Origin: Planctomycetota bacterium
Lineage (GTDB): Bacteria > Planctomycetota > PLA2 > JAEUHO01
Assembly: GCA_965223505.1 (NCBI GenBank)
Contig: CBDCWP010000038.1
Span: 96,001 to 160,000, forward strand
Direction of reading: 5' to 3'
DNA length: 64,000 nt
Shown here: positions 1-9,797 of the stretch, in pieces
Position numbering within the stretch: position 1 is the stretch's first letter
Layout: each line of letters starts with the position of its first letter
Made by a program: the position numbers and the translations under genes
The notes under the pieces: model-generated
What the model was told of the DNA's origin: nothing
Databases searched by the model: none
The model's input: only the letters and a program-made list of their open reading frames with translations

Positions 1-259
1 CGAACCGCCCGTAGTTCACGCCGAGAATGGGAATCGGATTGTCGGCGAGACGCCGCGCGACGTGAAGGATCGAGCCGTCGCCGCCGAAGACCAGGATGAA
101 GTCCGCGTCGACGTTCGAGAGGTCGATGTCCGTGTCGAGATCGACGGCGACGATCTCGAGATGCTGCTCGAGAAAGTCGCGGTGGTCGGCGACCCCTTCC
201 GCGACGCCCTTGCGGCGGCGGTCACCGACGATCAGTACGCGGGGCCTTCGGGTGGCCAT
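1..259 (-). CDS. nadK: NAD(+) kinase, N-terminal part (runs off window start)
   Basis: Not in ORF track. Manual translation from ATG 259: MATRRPRVLIVGD...DFILVFGGDGSILHVARRLADNPIPILGVNYGRF, with the GGDG and GVNxG NAD kinase motifs. Confidence 0.9.
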   Translation of the reverse strand, partial: MATRRPRVLIVGDRRRKGVAEGVADHRDFLEQHLEIVAVDLDTDIDLSNVDADFILVFGGDGSILHVARRLADNPIPILGVNYGRF

Positions 260-321
260 CGGCGCAAGGGTAACGGACGGACTGCGATCGGGGGCCGATC
301 GGACCTGGACGGCGTTCGTAG

Positions 322-1716
<1,395 letters not shown>

Positions 1717-1727
1717 CCCCTCCCCGC

Positions 1728-1976
1728 CTGCTGCGCCCGGCGATGCTCTCGCTGCGCCGGCTTCTGACTCGGAACCCGGTCCTCGACGTGCAATCGCACG
1801 CCTCCGGCCGGAACCCTCGTCCGAACCCAGGCTCGCTTCGGCCTCCCCGGGCTCGCGACGGCGGGTGACTGCTACGCCCGGCGATGCTCTCGCTGCGCCG
1901 GGTTCCGACTCGGAACCCGGTCCTCGACGTGCCGATGCACGCCTCCGGCCGGGACCCTCCTCCGAACCCAGGCTCG
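1728..1976. repeat. Two tandem ~108-bp imperfect palindromic (REP/MITE-like) units, period 141 bp
   Basis: 1728-1835 and 1869-1976 are nearly identical. Both carry a CGTGC-N4-GCACG hairpin with different loops (aatc vs cgat). They lie between convergent genes. Confidence 0.85.
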
Positions 1977-1980
1977 TCGT

Positions 1981-2397
1981 TTAGTTGCCGTCGCCCTCGG
2001 GCTTCGGGAGGTCGGGCAGCGGCCCGCTCGAACCGAAGAGGTCGTACGTCTGACCCGACGCGGTCCGCAGCGACCCGGCCGTGACCTTCTCCTTGTCGCC
2101 CTGCGTGACGACCGTCGCGGTGAGCTCCCCCGAGCCCTTCGATCCCTAGAGGTTGAACACGAACTCGTCCTCGGCGCCGGAGGCCGAGGACTTCGTCAGG
2201 TCGAGCTCGATCTCGTTGATGTTGCCGATGTGCTCGAGAATGACGGGGTTGTCACGGATGTCCGTCTTCACCTGTTCCGCGATCACGTCGAAGCCGAACT
2301 GCACGACGAAGTAGCCACCGACACCGATCACGACGAGCACCGCCACGATGATCAGGATGATCATCCCGGCTCCGCCGGACTCACGACTGCGCCTCAT
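1981..2397 (-). pseudogene. Single-TM protein, possibly Coa1-like, interrupted by an in-frame TAG at 2146-2148
   Basis: GGAGGA RBS then ATG 2397, then a TM helix. After the TAG the same frame continues GSKGSGELTATVVTQGDKEKVTAGSLRTASGQTYDLF... to TAA at 1981-1983. Confidence 0.65.
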
Positions 2398-2459
2398 GGT
2401 TGATTCCTCCGGCGCCAAGCGTACCCAGGCGCGCCGGACGATGCATCCGACTCGACGGA

Positions 2460-3272
2460 CTACTCCTTCGAATCCACCGGCAGGTGGGCCAGATGCAGGA
2501 TCTGCGCAGCGTGATTGGCCTGCTGAGGATCCTCGGCGTTCTCGTCGAGGATGCGTGACTCGAATGTCGAACGGAATGCCAGGTATCGGTCTTTGTGAGC
2601 GCGCACGACGTACTCGTACGTGAATCCGCTCGACTCGCCGGGGTTCAGTTTCGCAAGCCCACCCTGGCCGCCGTCCACGAATTCGATCGACTCCTGGACC
2701 TTCCACTGAACCCGGCCCAAAACCGAGTCCGAAGTTCCGGGCACGTTGACACGCAGCACCGACTCCTTCGCGCTCGAGTCTTCGATGAGGGTGCCGAGAT
2801 AGGGAACGATCACGTTGCGAAGGATACGAATGGGAACCTGGCCGATGTTCTTGAACGTCATCCCGAAGGTAGCAACGTAGCGGCCCGTGCCGTCGTCGGC
2901 ATGCTCACTGATCGCCCGCGCGTTCATCGTCACCGTCCACTCGAGATTGCGATCGACCTCACCGCGAAACCGCACCTGTTGGAGCCGCAGATCGAGTTCC
3001 TTCAGGCTCAGCTCCGTACGAGACTTCTCCAGGGCGATCTCGTTTCGCTCGGCCTCATACGCGAAGTACTTGATGATGGCGAAGCAAAACGCGAAGACGA
3101 CGCCCGCGATCTTGAGAACACGCTCGAGCTTGTCGAAGTCCCGCCACCATTTCGTTGGAGCCGCCGCGCGCGGCGGCGGCTGCTTGAAGCCCTCGATCGT
3201 CTTCAGCGCCGCGGCAAGCTGATCGCCATCGAACTTGAAGACGCCCCTCGATCCGCTTGACTCCGCCGCCAT
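2460..3272 (-). CDS. Hypothetical membrane-anchored protein (TM + coiled coil + beta-rich domain)
   Basis: 270-aa ORF from ATG 3272 with a TM segment (IAGVVFAFCFAII), 4 bp downstream of the upstream lipoprotein gene. Confidence 0.65.
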   Translation of the reverse strand: MAAESSGSRGVFKFDGDQLAAALKTIEGFKQPPPRAAAPTKWWRDFDKLERVLKIAGVVFAFCFAIIKYFAYEAERNEIALEKSRTELSLKELDLRLQQVRFRGEVDRNLEWTVTMNARAISEHADDGTGRYVATFGMTFKNIGQVPIRILRNVIVPYLGTLIEDSSAKESVLRVNVPGTSDSVLGRVQWKVQESIEFVDGGQGGLAKLNPGESSGFTYEYVVRAHKDRYLAFRSTFESRILDENAEDPQQANHAAQILHLAHLPVDSKE

Positions 3273-3276
3273 GGCG

Positions 3277-3810
3277 CTAGTTGGAGATGTCCTGGATCGA
3301 CACGCTCCATTGGAAGCGACACACCGTCGACGGGCTGCCGTCCTCGGCGGGGAGGCACTCGAACTCGACCATGTCGATGCCTTCGGAGCAACACACGGTG
3401 TGGTCACTCGTGACGATCACCGGCTCCTTCGCCCCTCCGACCCTGCAGTGCGTGGTGACCTGCAGCCGGCAATTGCCGGTCGCGACGAACAGAATATCGA
3501 GCTTGAGACATTGATCTTCCGGCCGGAAGAGTCGAAGTTCGTCGTTGTCGCCGCAACGCAAGATCATCGTGCCCTTGGACGCACCGCCGACGGACGCCGC
3601 GTCGCCGGTGGAGCCGGAGCTTGCCGCTGCCGAAGCCTGCTTCAATGCGAAGCGCGGCTCTTCGAGCGCCTCGGCGCGAAGCAGGTCGTCTTGAAGGCCG
3701 GGCTCGTCAGCGACCGCGGGCGCGCGGCAAGGCTGTCGACACACACACCCTGTCAGGATCGCCACCGCACCCAACAACACTCCAAAACGCGCAATTCGCG
3801 CCATACGCAT
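3277..3810 (-). CDS. Hypothetical Cys-rich lipoprotein
   Basis: Signal peptide with lipobox LTGC; 11 Cys in the mature part; AAGGGG RBS-like sequence upstream. Confidence 0.6.
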   Translation of the reverse strand: MRMARIARFGVLLGAVAILTGCVCRQPCRAPAVADEPGLQDDLLRAEALEEPRFALKQASAAASSGSTGDAASVGGASKGTMILRCGDNDELRLFRPEDQCLKLDILFVATGNCRLQVTTHCRVGGAKEPVIVTSDHTVCCSEGIDMVEFECLPAEDGSPSTVCRFQWSVSIQDISN

Positions 3811-3913
3811 CGCCCCTTTCCCACGTACTGCGTCCCCACGGCACATCGAGCAACCGCCTGAATCTGGCGAATCAGCCGCACGGCGTCAACGACATTTCAG
3901 TCACGGCACCCGG

Positions 3914-4789
3914 ATGGTCGACAGGAGTGCAGTTCGTACGCACAGGGGGTTGCCCGTGTTCGACAACCGCAGACAGGCCCAGCGCATCGCCTTCGGCGGC
4001 TCCGCGACCGTCGCCACCGCCCGCGGTGCAGTCGAGGCCGAGATCCAGGATCTGAGCTACGCCGGCATTCGCGTCCGCGTGCGCGCGGAGTCGCTCGGGT
4101 TCGCGTCGAGCTCTCAACTGGCGTCGACGGCGAAGAACGTCCAGGCGACCCTCGGCGCCCGTTTCGACGTGTCGCTCCACGAGTCCGAGCTCGGTTCCTT
4201 GGTGCAGCGACGCGTCGACCTGACCCGCATCTCGATTCCGAGCAATGCGCCCGAGTCCATCGACCTGGGTTGCCGGTTCGAGACACCGCTCACCATCGAG
4301 GAGACCGAGGTCCTGGGTGCCGAGCTGCCTCCGCAAAGAGCCCGCTTCCATCCGAACGCCGGCGGCCCGAAGGCGCGGACGCCGCTGTCCGACTGGGACG
4401 ATCTCCCGTTCAACGAACGCTGGATCCGGTTCGCGCCGAACAAGTTCCGCGCCTACGTCAACGCCCGGGTCTCGCTCGATCCGGCGCTTGCCTGTGACAC
4501 GAAGTCGGTGTCGCCGGACGCGCTTCGTGTCTGGTGCCGGCGCGACGGGAACCGATTCGCGCTCGGCGAGTCCCACAACATTCTCAATGCGGCCGTGCTG
4601 TTCAGCGAGCGGTACGGCGACTACGTCGAGTTGCGTGTCACGCAGGGCGCCGACGAAGTCTGGAACGGCGTGGCGTGCGTGCGCGGGGTCGAGATCAACC
4701 CCGACAAGCCCAGTGTCATGCTGCTCACACTCGGCTTCGGGCGCGCGCTCGATCGTGAAGAGCGCACGCGTTTCGGCCTGACCGGCTGA
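3914..4789 (+). CDS. PilZ domain-containing protein
   Basis: RRQAQR (RxxxR) and DLSYAG (D/NxSxxG) motifs; paralog of 46702..47439. Start may be GTG 3956. Confidence 0.7.
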   Translation: MVDRSAVRTHRGLPVFDNRRQAQRIAFGGSATVATARGAVEAEIQDLSYAGIRVRVRAESLGFASSSQLASTAKNVQATLGARFDVSLHESELGSLVQRRVDLTRISIPSNAPESIDLGCRFETPLTIEETEVLGAELPPQRARFHPNAGGPKARTPLSDWDDLPFNERWIRFAPNKFRAYVNARVSLDPALACDTKSVSPDALRVWCRRDGNRFALGESHNILNAAVLFSERYGDYVELRVTQGADEVWNGVACVRGVEINPDKPSVMLLTLGFGRALDREERTRFGLTG

Positions 4790-4807
4790 TCGACGCGTCA
4801 CGCCGCG

Positions 4808-5190
4808 CTACGCCTCCGAGCGGATCAACCCGTCGAGCCAGTCATTGCGCCCGCAGTCGATGACGAGGTGCACCCGCGGCGTCGTTCCGCGATAGTCGAC
4901 GGCATGCGGGCGGATCCAATCGGACACTCGAACGCGCCCAGCACGTCGCGCAAGTAGGCACACCGATCGAGCCAGGCCGTCTCGATCCAATCTCCGCCGC
5001 CCCAGTGCGTGGTCAGCTGGAGAATGGGATGGTCCGCGCCCGAGCGCGCGCGCAGCGCGATGCCGCCCCACGACCCTTCGTAGTCCGCCTGGTTGAAGTG
5101 CGCCGTCCAGTCCTCGTCGCGGAAGCCCTTGATCGACGTGTCCAGCCGGTCGGGGTCGAAGTGCAACGGAAGTCGCGCGAACGCGTGCAA
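4808..5190 (-). pseudogene. Aspartyl/asparaginyl beta-hydroxylase family protein, internally deleted and frameshifted
   Basis: N-part RLPLHFD...WTAHFNQADYEGSWGGIALR...FECPIGSAR is in one frame. C-part PHAVDYRGTTPRVHLVIDC..NDWL is in another frame. The central HxD region is absent. Confidence 0.7.
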
Positions 5191-5212
5191 CGCGGATATC
5201 GTGCAGCGCGAG

Positions 5213-6322
5213 ATGAGCATCAGGTCCCTCCTCGCGTCGGCATTCCTCCTCGCGATCCTCGGCGCCGCGTGGGCCGGCGACGAACCGAAGATCGTGGAGA
5301 AGCGCGACGGACGCTACCTCCGGCTGTCGCTGAAGGACGACCCCAAGGCGCAAGGCTGGCTCTATGAAGTCTGGGACGATGCCGAAGGGGAAGCCGAGAA
5401 GCACGCCGAGCTGATCGTCGCGCTTCACGGCGCCGGCGGCGACCCGCGCAACTTCATCCTGCCGAGACTGATGACGGACCGGCACGCGTTCTGCCTCGCC
5501 GTTGCGGGACGACGCGAGGTCGCGCACGCGACGGGCCGGGGATTCATGTGGAGCCGCGACGACGTGGCGTACGTGCTAGCTTTGACACGCCACGTCATCA
5601 AGACGCGCCGCGTGGACCCCAGGCGCGTTCTGGTCTGGGGCCACTCCGCCGGCGGCGTCATGACGCTCGACGTGCTAGCGCAGGCGCCCGAGCTCTTCGC
5701 CGGTGCGCTGACGTCGGCGGCGGGCGCCGCGCCGGGCACGCCGCACGCCGCGAAGCGCGTCTTCGTGATCCTGGGCGAGGACGACCCGAACTACCGCATC
5801 GCACCGCGCGTACGCGAGCACATCGAGCGAGCCGAGAAGGCGCCCGGCTCGTGCGCCCTGCTGTCCGTCGAGTGGCTCGAGCACGTGCTGCCGGCCAACG
5901 ACTTCCTCGACCTCGGCTTCGACTGGGTGATGCACGGCAAGGGGCGCGGCGGCGAGGCGAAGGTGGGGCTCGTTCCGAAGGGTCGTGCCGGCCCCTGGCG
6001 GCACATTCTCATCCGTCACACCGAGGCGAAGGAGCGCGACGAGGACGTGGAACGAAGCAAGAAGGACGCCGTCGCGCTGCTGGACGACGTCCGCAAGGCC
6101 GTGACCGACGGGACGGCGTTCTTTCCCTTCGAAGCGGCGCGCCTCTCCGAGGACACCCGCAGCAGATCCGCGGGCGGCGGGCTGTCACCGAGGCGCGTGG
6201 TGTCGTACTTCGGCGAGGCGCCGGCACTGGAACCGGGCGCATCCCCCGAGGTGATCGCGTCGTCGTTCGGCCTTCATCTCGTCCTGCGCGAGATCGACGA
6301 GGACGGCGAAGAAGAAGACTAG
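5213..6322 (+). CDS. Exported alpha/beta hydrolase (GHSAG) with C-terminal parvulin-like PPIase domain
   Basis: Signal peptide; LHGAGG and WGHSAGG motifs; C-terminal RHILI...AARLSED..S...GGGL...SSFGLHLV. Confidence 0.75.
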   Translation: MSIRSLLASAFLLAILGAAWAGDEPKIVEKRDGRYLRLSLKDDPKAQGWLYEVWDDAEGEAEKHAELIVALHGAGGDPRNFILPRLMTDRHAFCLAVAGRREVAHATGRGFMWSRDDVAYVLALTRHVIKTRRVDPRRVLVWGHSAGGVMTLDVLAQAPELFAGALTSAAGAAPGTPHAAKRVFVILGEDDPNYRIAPRVREHIERAEKAPGSCALLSVEWLEHVLPANDFLDLGFDWVMHGKGRGGEAKVGLVPKGRAGPWRHILIRHTEAKERDEDVERSKKDAVALLDDVRKAVTDGTAFFPFEAARLSEDTRSRSAGGGLSPRRVVSYFGEAPALEPGASPEVIASSFGLHLVLREIDEDGEEED

Positions 6323-6338
6323 TCGCTCCGAGCGCCGC

Positions 6339-7895
6339 CTACTTCGCCTTCGCCCAATCGGGAAGCGTGCCGGGGTCGATGCCCATCACGGGACCCGACA
6401 GGAGCGTGAAGATCAGCGCGACGAGAATGATCCCGATGATGTTGAACCAGATGCCGGCACGAACCATGTCGCGAATGGGCACCCAGCCCGAGCCGAACAC
6501 GATGGCTTGCGTCGGCGATGCGACCGGCATCATGAACGCACAGCTCGCGGACAACGTGGCCGGGATCATCAGGAAGCGCGGGTCGGTGCCGATCGCCGTG
6601 CCCGCGGACGCCAGGATGGGCAGGACCATCTCCGTCGTCGCGGTGTTGCTGGTGAGCTCGGTGAGAAACGTGAGGACCACGCACACGAGGATCATCACGA
6701 GAATCGGCGACTGTCCCTGCAGACCCGCGAACTGACCGCCGAGCCAGTCGGAGAGCCCCGACGACTTGAAGCCGGCCGCGAGCGCGAAGCCGCCGCCGAA
6801 CAACAGGAGCATCCCCCAGGGGACGTTCCTCGTGTGCCGCCACTCGAGCAGTCGCTCGCCTTTGCGCTCCTTCGACGGGATCACGAACAGGGAGATGGCC
6901 ATCGCCATCGCGACGACGGCGTCGCCGACGAAGTCCCTCACGCCGTCGTCCGTCACCTCCTTCTGAAGGAACGGCAGCGAACCCCACCCGCGGAGCGATA
7001 CGCCGCCGATGTCGAAGCCCTTGCGGGTCATCCACAACAGCGCCGTGGTGCCGAACACGACCGCCGTGATCACCTCGTCACGACGAAGCGGGCCGAGCTC
7101 GCTGCGTAGCTGCCGGACCGCGTCGCGCCCGCCGAGCAACGACGCCCCCGGCAGCTTGAACGTGACGTGCGTCAGCATGAACCAGCCGGAGACGAGGAAG
7201 GCGACGGAGATGGGCAACCCCAGCAGCATCCACTCGGCGAAGGAAGGCGCCGGCGCCCCTTCGAAGAGACGCACGAGCTGTTCCTTGTACGACAGGTTGG
7301 GCGGCGTTCCGACCAACGTCGACATGCCGCCGATGTCGGCGGCGTACGCGATCCCGAGCATGACCGTGACGCCGAGCAGCTTCAGATCGCGCTCGCCGAC
7401 ACCGCGGTCCTTCGCCGCGGCGAGGACGGCGAGGCCGATCGGCAGCAGCACCATGACCGTCGCAGTGTTCGAGATCCACATCGACAACATCGCCGAGGCG
7501 AGCATGAAACCGAGCACCAGACGCTTCGGCTGACCACCGACGGTGCCGACGATCGCGAGCGCCATGCGACGGTGCACGCCGGACGCCTGGAGTCCGAGCG
7601 CGAGCAGGAAGCCACCGAGAAAGAGAAAGATCGTCGAGCGCGCGTAGTTCGGCGCGACCTTGTACATGGGGTCGATGCCCAGGACCGGCAGGAGCACGAG
7701 CGGGAGCACCGCCGTGACCGGGATCGGCACGGCTTCCGTAACCCACCACACGGCCATCCAGACGGCGACCGCCGCCATGCGCGCGACGCCCGGATCGTCG
7801 CCGGGACCCAGCAGCCAGACCACGCCCGCCAGGGCCGGTCCGAGCGCGAGCTTCCAGCGCCGGCCCCGCACGTCGGGGTTGTCCGAGTTGTTCAT
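6339..7895 (-). CDS. SLC13/DASS sodium:dicarboxylate or sulfate symporter
   Basis: SMWISNTAT, GTPPN, TELTSNTAT and AFMMPVASP motifs; multiple TM helices. Confidence 0.93.
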   Translation of the reverse strand: MNNSDNPDVRGRRWKLALGPALAGVVWLLGPGDDPGVARMAAVAVWMAVWWVTEAVPIPVTAVLPLVLLPVLGIDPMYKVAPNYARSTIFLFLGGFLLALGLQASGVHRRMALAIVGTVGGQPKRLVLGFMLASAMLSMWISNTATVMVLLPIGLAVLAAAKDRGVGERDLKLLGVTVMLGIAYAADIGGMSTLVGTPPNLSYKEQLVRLFEGAPAPSFAEWMLLGLPISVAFLVSGWFMLTHVTFKLPGASLLGGRDAVRQLRSELGPLRRDEVITAVVFGTTALLWMTRKGFDIGGVSLRGWGSLPFLQKEVTDDGVRDFVGDAVVAMAMAISLFVIPSKERKGERLLEWRHTRNVPWGMLLLFGGGFALAAGFKSSGLSDWLGGQFAGLQGQSPILVMILVCVVLTFLTELTSNTATTEMVLPILASAGTAIGTDPRFLMIPATLSASCAFMMPVASPTQAIVFGSGWVPIRDMVRAGIWFNIIGIILVALIFTLLSGPVMGIDPGTLPDWAKAK

Positions 7896-7913
7896 AGGCT
7901 CCCGCTCGGATCG

Positions 7914-9782
7914 CTAGGCGACGCCACCCGGCGTCGGCAGCGCGTTTCCCACGAATTCGAGCAGCACGGTAGGCGTGAAGGGCTTCTGAAGGAAGTGCAC
8001 CTCGACGCCGACCGGCACCTCCAGCGCCTGGAAGGTATAGCCGGACACGAAGAGCGTCACGAGGCCGGGACGACGGCGCGCGAGCTCTTGCGCGAGCTCG
8101 ACACCGCCCAGACGCGGCATCACGACGTCGGTGAGGAGCAGGTCGATGTCGCCGGCGTGCTCGTCGGCCACTTCCAGCGCGTGGCGGCCGTCGCTCGCCA
8201 CCAGGACCCGATACCCGCGGCTCTCCAGCACGTCGCTTGTCAGACGTCGTATTTGTTCCTCGTCCTCGACGACGAGAACGGTCGCGCGGCATTGGTCGGC
8301 ATGGGGCGCCTCTCGCGACTCGAGCGCCGCATGCGAGGGCGCCTCGACCGTCGGAAACACGGCCGTGAAGCACGAACCGCGTCCGGGACGGCTGCGCACG
8401 TTGACGAACCCGCCGTTTTGCCTGACCAGGCCGTACACGGTCGCGAGACCCATGCCGGTTCCCGCTCCCACCTCCTTGGTCGTGAAGAAGGGCTCGAAGA
8501 TGCGCGCGCGCGTCTCGGCATCCATGCCGCAGCCGGTGTCGGCAACGGAGACCACGGCGTGCCGAGCCGGGTCGAAGGACCCGTCGTCCTCGCGAGCATC
8601 CTCCGGGCGCGCAGGACGCGACTCGATCGTCAAGACGCCGCCGGACGGCATCGCATCGCGGGCGTTGACGACGAGGTTCAGGACAACCTGCTCGATCTGG
8701 GTTCCGTCGGCGCGAATGCACGCGGCGTCCGAGGTCGTCTTGAGATCGAGCTGAATGTGCTCACCGATGATCCGTCGAAGCATCGTCGCCATCGCCTGCG
8801 CGAGGTTGTTGAGATTCAGGACCTCCGGCGTGCGCGGCTGCTTGCGACTGAACGCGAGCAGCTGCGTGGTGATCTTGGCGGCGCGCTCGGCCGCCTCGAC
8901 GATGCCCTCGACGTCGGCCTTGTTGTCCGCGTCGGACGCGACCCGCTCGAGCAGCATGTGTCCGTGTCCCAGGATCACCGTCAACAGATTGTTGAAGTCG
9001 TGTGCGATGCCGCCCGCGAGCCGCCCGATCGCCTGCATCTTCTGCGACTGCAAGAGCTGCCGCTGCGTGCGCTCCAGATGGTCGAGGCTCGACTGCAGCT
9101 GTCGATTCGCGTCCGCGAGCTGGCCACCGCGCTGACGCAGGTCGGAGGTCATCTGCGTGGCCTGGATCGCGCGTTCGAGGTGGGACGCGAACAGCTGCAG
9201 GAACGGCAGGCACGACTCGTCGACCGGCGCCTTGAAGAAAGCGCGAGAGCGCCCGGTTCGACGGCTGACCACGAACGCGACAAGACGGCCCTGGGTCGAT
9301 CGAAGCGGCATGTACACGCACGTCGCCTTTGCGTCCGCGCTCTGCTCGATGCAAAGGTGCGACAGCTCTTCGACCAGCGGTTTCGCGGCGTCCTCTCCGG
9401 TGCAGAGCTCGGCGCGATCGACCGCAGACGCCCACTGCACGAATGCCGCCGACGCAGGCTCGGGTTCCGCATCGGACGCACCGGCGACGTATCCGACGAG
9501 ATGCCCCTCCGGAGTGGCGCGAAACAGAACGACCTGGTCGAGATCGAACACGGAAAGCAACAGCTCGGCGCCGCGGTCGAGAACGACGCTCGCGTCGTCG
9601 AGTCCGGAGCACCGCAGCGCAAGATCGCTCAGGGCCTGGATCTGCGTCAGCTGCCGGTCGAGGTCCTTCTGCGTTCGGTACAGCTTCTGCTCGGTCCGCA
9701 CGAGCAACTTGATCTGGTCGGCCAGCGCGTCGTTCTCGGAGCGCAGGGCGCCGGCGGTGCGTTCGTTGGAGTTGGTCGTCAA
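7914..9782 (-). CDS. Cytoplasmic hybrid histidine kinase (coiled coil/GAF-like, HisKA, HATPase, REC)
   Basis: GIAHDFNNLL, NLVVNARDAM, DTGCGM, FEPFFTTK, GTGMGL motifs; REC domain with LLTDVVMP and KPF. Confidence 0.93.
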   Translation of the reverse strand: MTTNSNERTAGALRSENDALADQIKLLVRTEQKLYRTQKDLDRQLTQIQALSDLALRCSGLDDASVVLDRGAELLLSVFDLDQVVLFRATPEGHLVGYVAGASDAEPEPASAAFVQWASAVDRAELCTGEDAAKPLVEELSHLCIEQSADAKATCVYMPLRSTQGRLVAFVVSRRTGRSRAFFKAPVDESCLPFLQLFASHLERAIQATQMTSDLRQRGGQLADANRQLQSSLDHLERTQRQLLQSQKMQAIGRLAGGIAHDFNNLLTVILGHGHMLLERVASDADNKADVEGIVEAAERAAKITTQLLAFSRKQPRTPEVLNLNNLAQAMATMLRRIIGEHIQLDLKTTSDAACIRADGTQIEQVVLNLVVNARDAMPSGGVLTIESRPARPEDAREDDGSFDPARHAVVSVADTGCGMDAETRARIFEPFFTTKEVGAGTGMGLATVYGLVRQNGGFVNVRSRPGRGSCFTAVFPTVEAPSHAALESREAPHADQCRATVLVVEDEEQIRRLTSDVLESRGYRVLVASDGRHALEVADEHAGDIDLLLTDVVMPRLGGVELAQELARRRPGLVTLFVSGYTFQALEVPVGVEVHFLQKPFTPTVLLEFVGNALPTPGGVA

Positions 9783-9797
9783 CGGCGTGGCTCTCGG

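Noticed and set aside
1728..1976. CRISPR array
   Set aside because: Only two long units, no short repeat-spacer periodicity, and no cas genes.
2146..2148. Genome-wide TAG recoding
   Set aside because: Many conserved genes here (actA, actE, actF, imuA, imuB) end properly at TAG.
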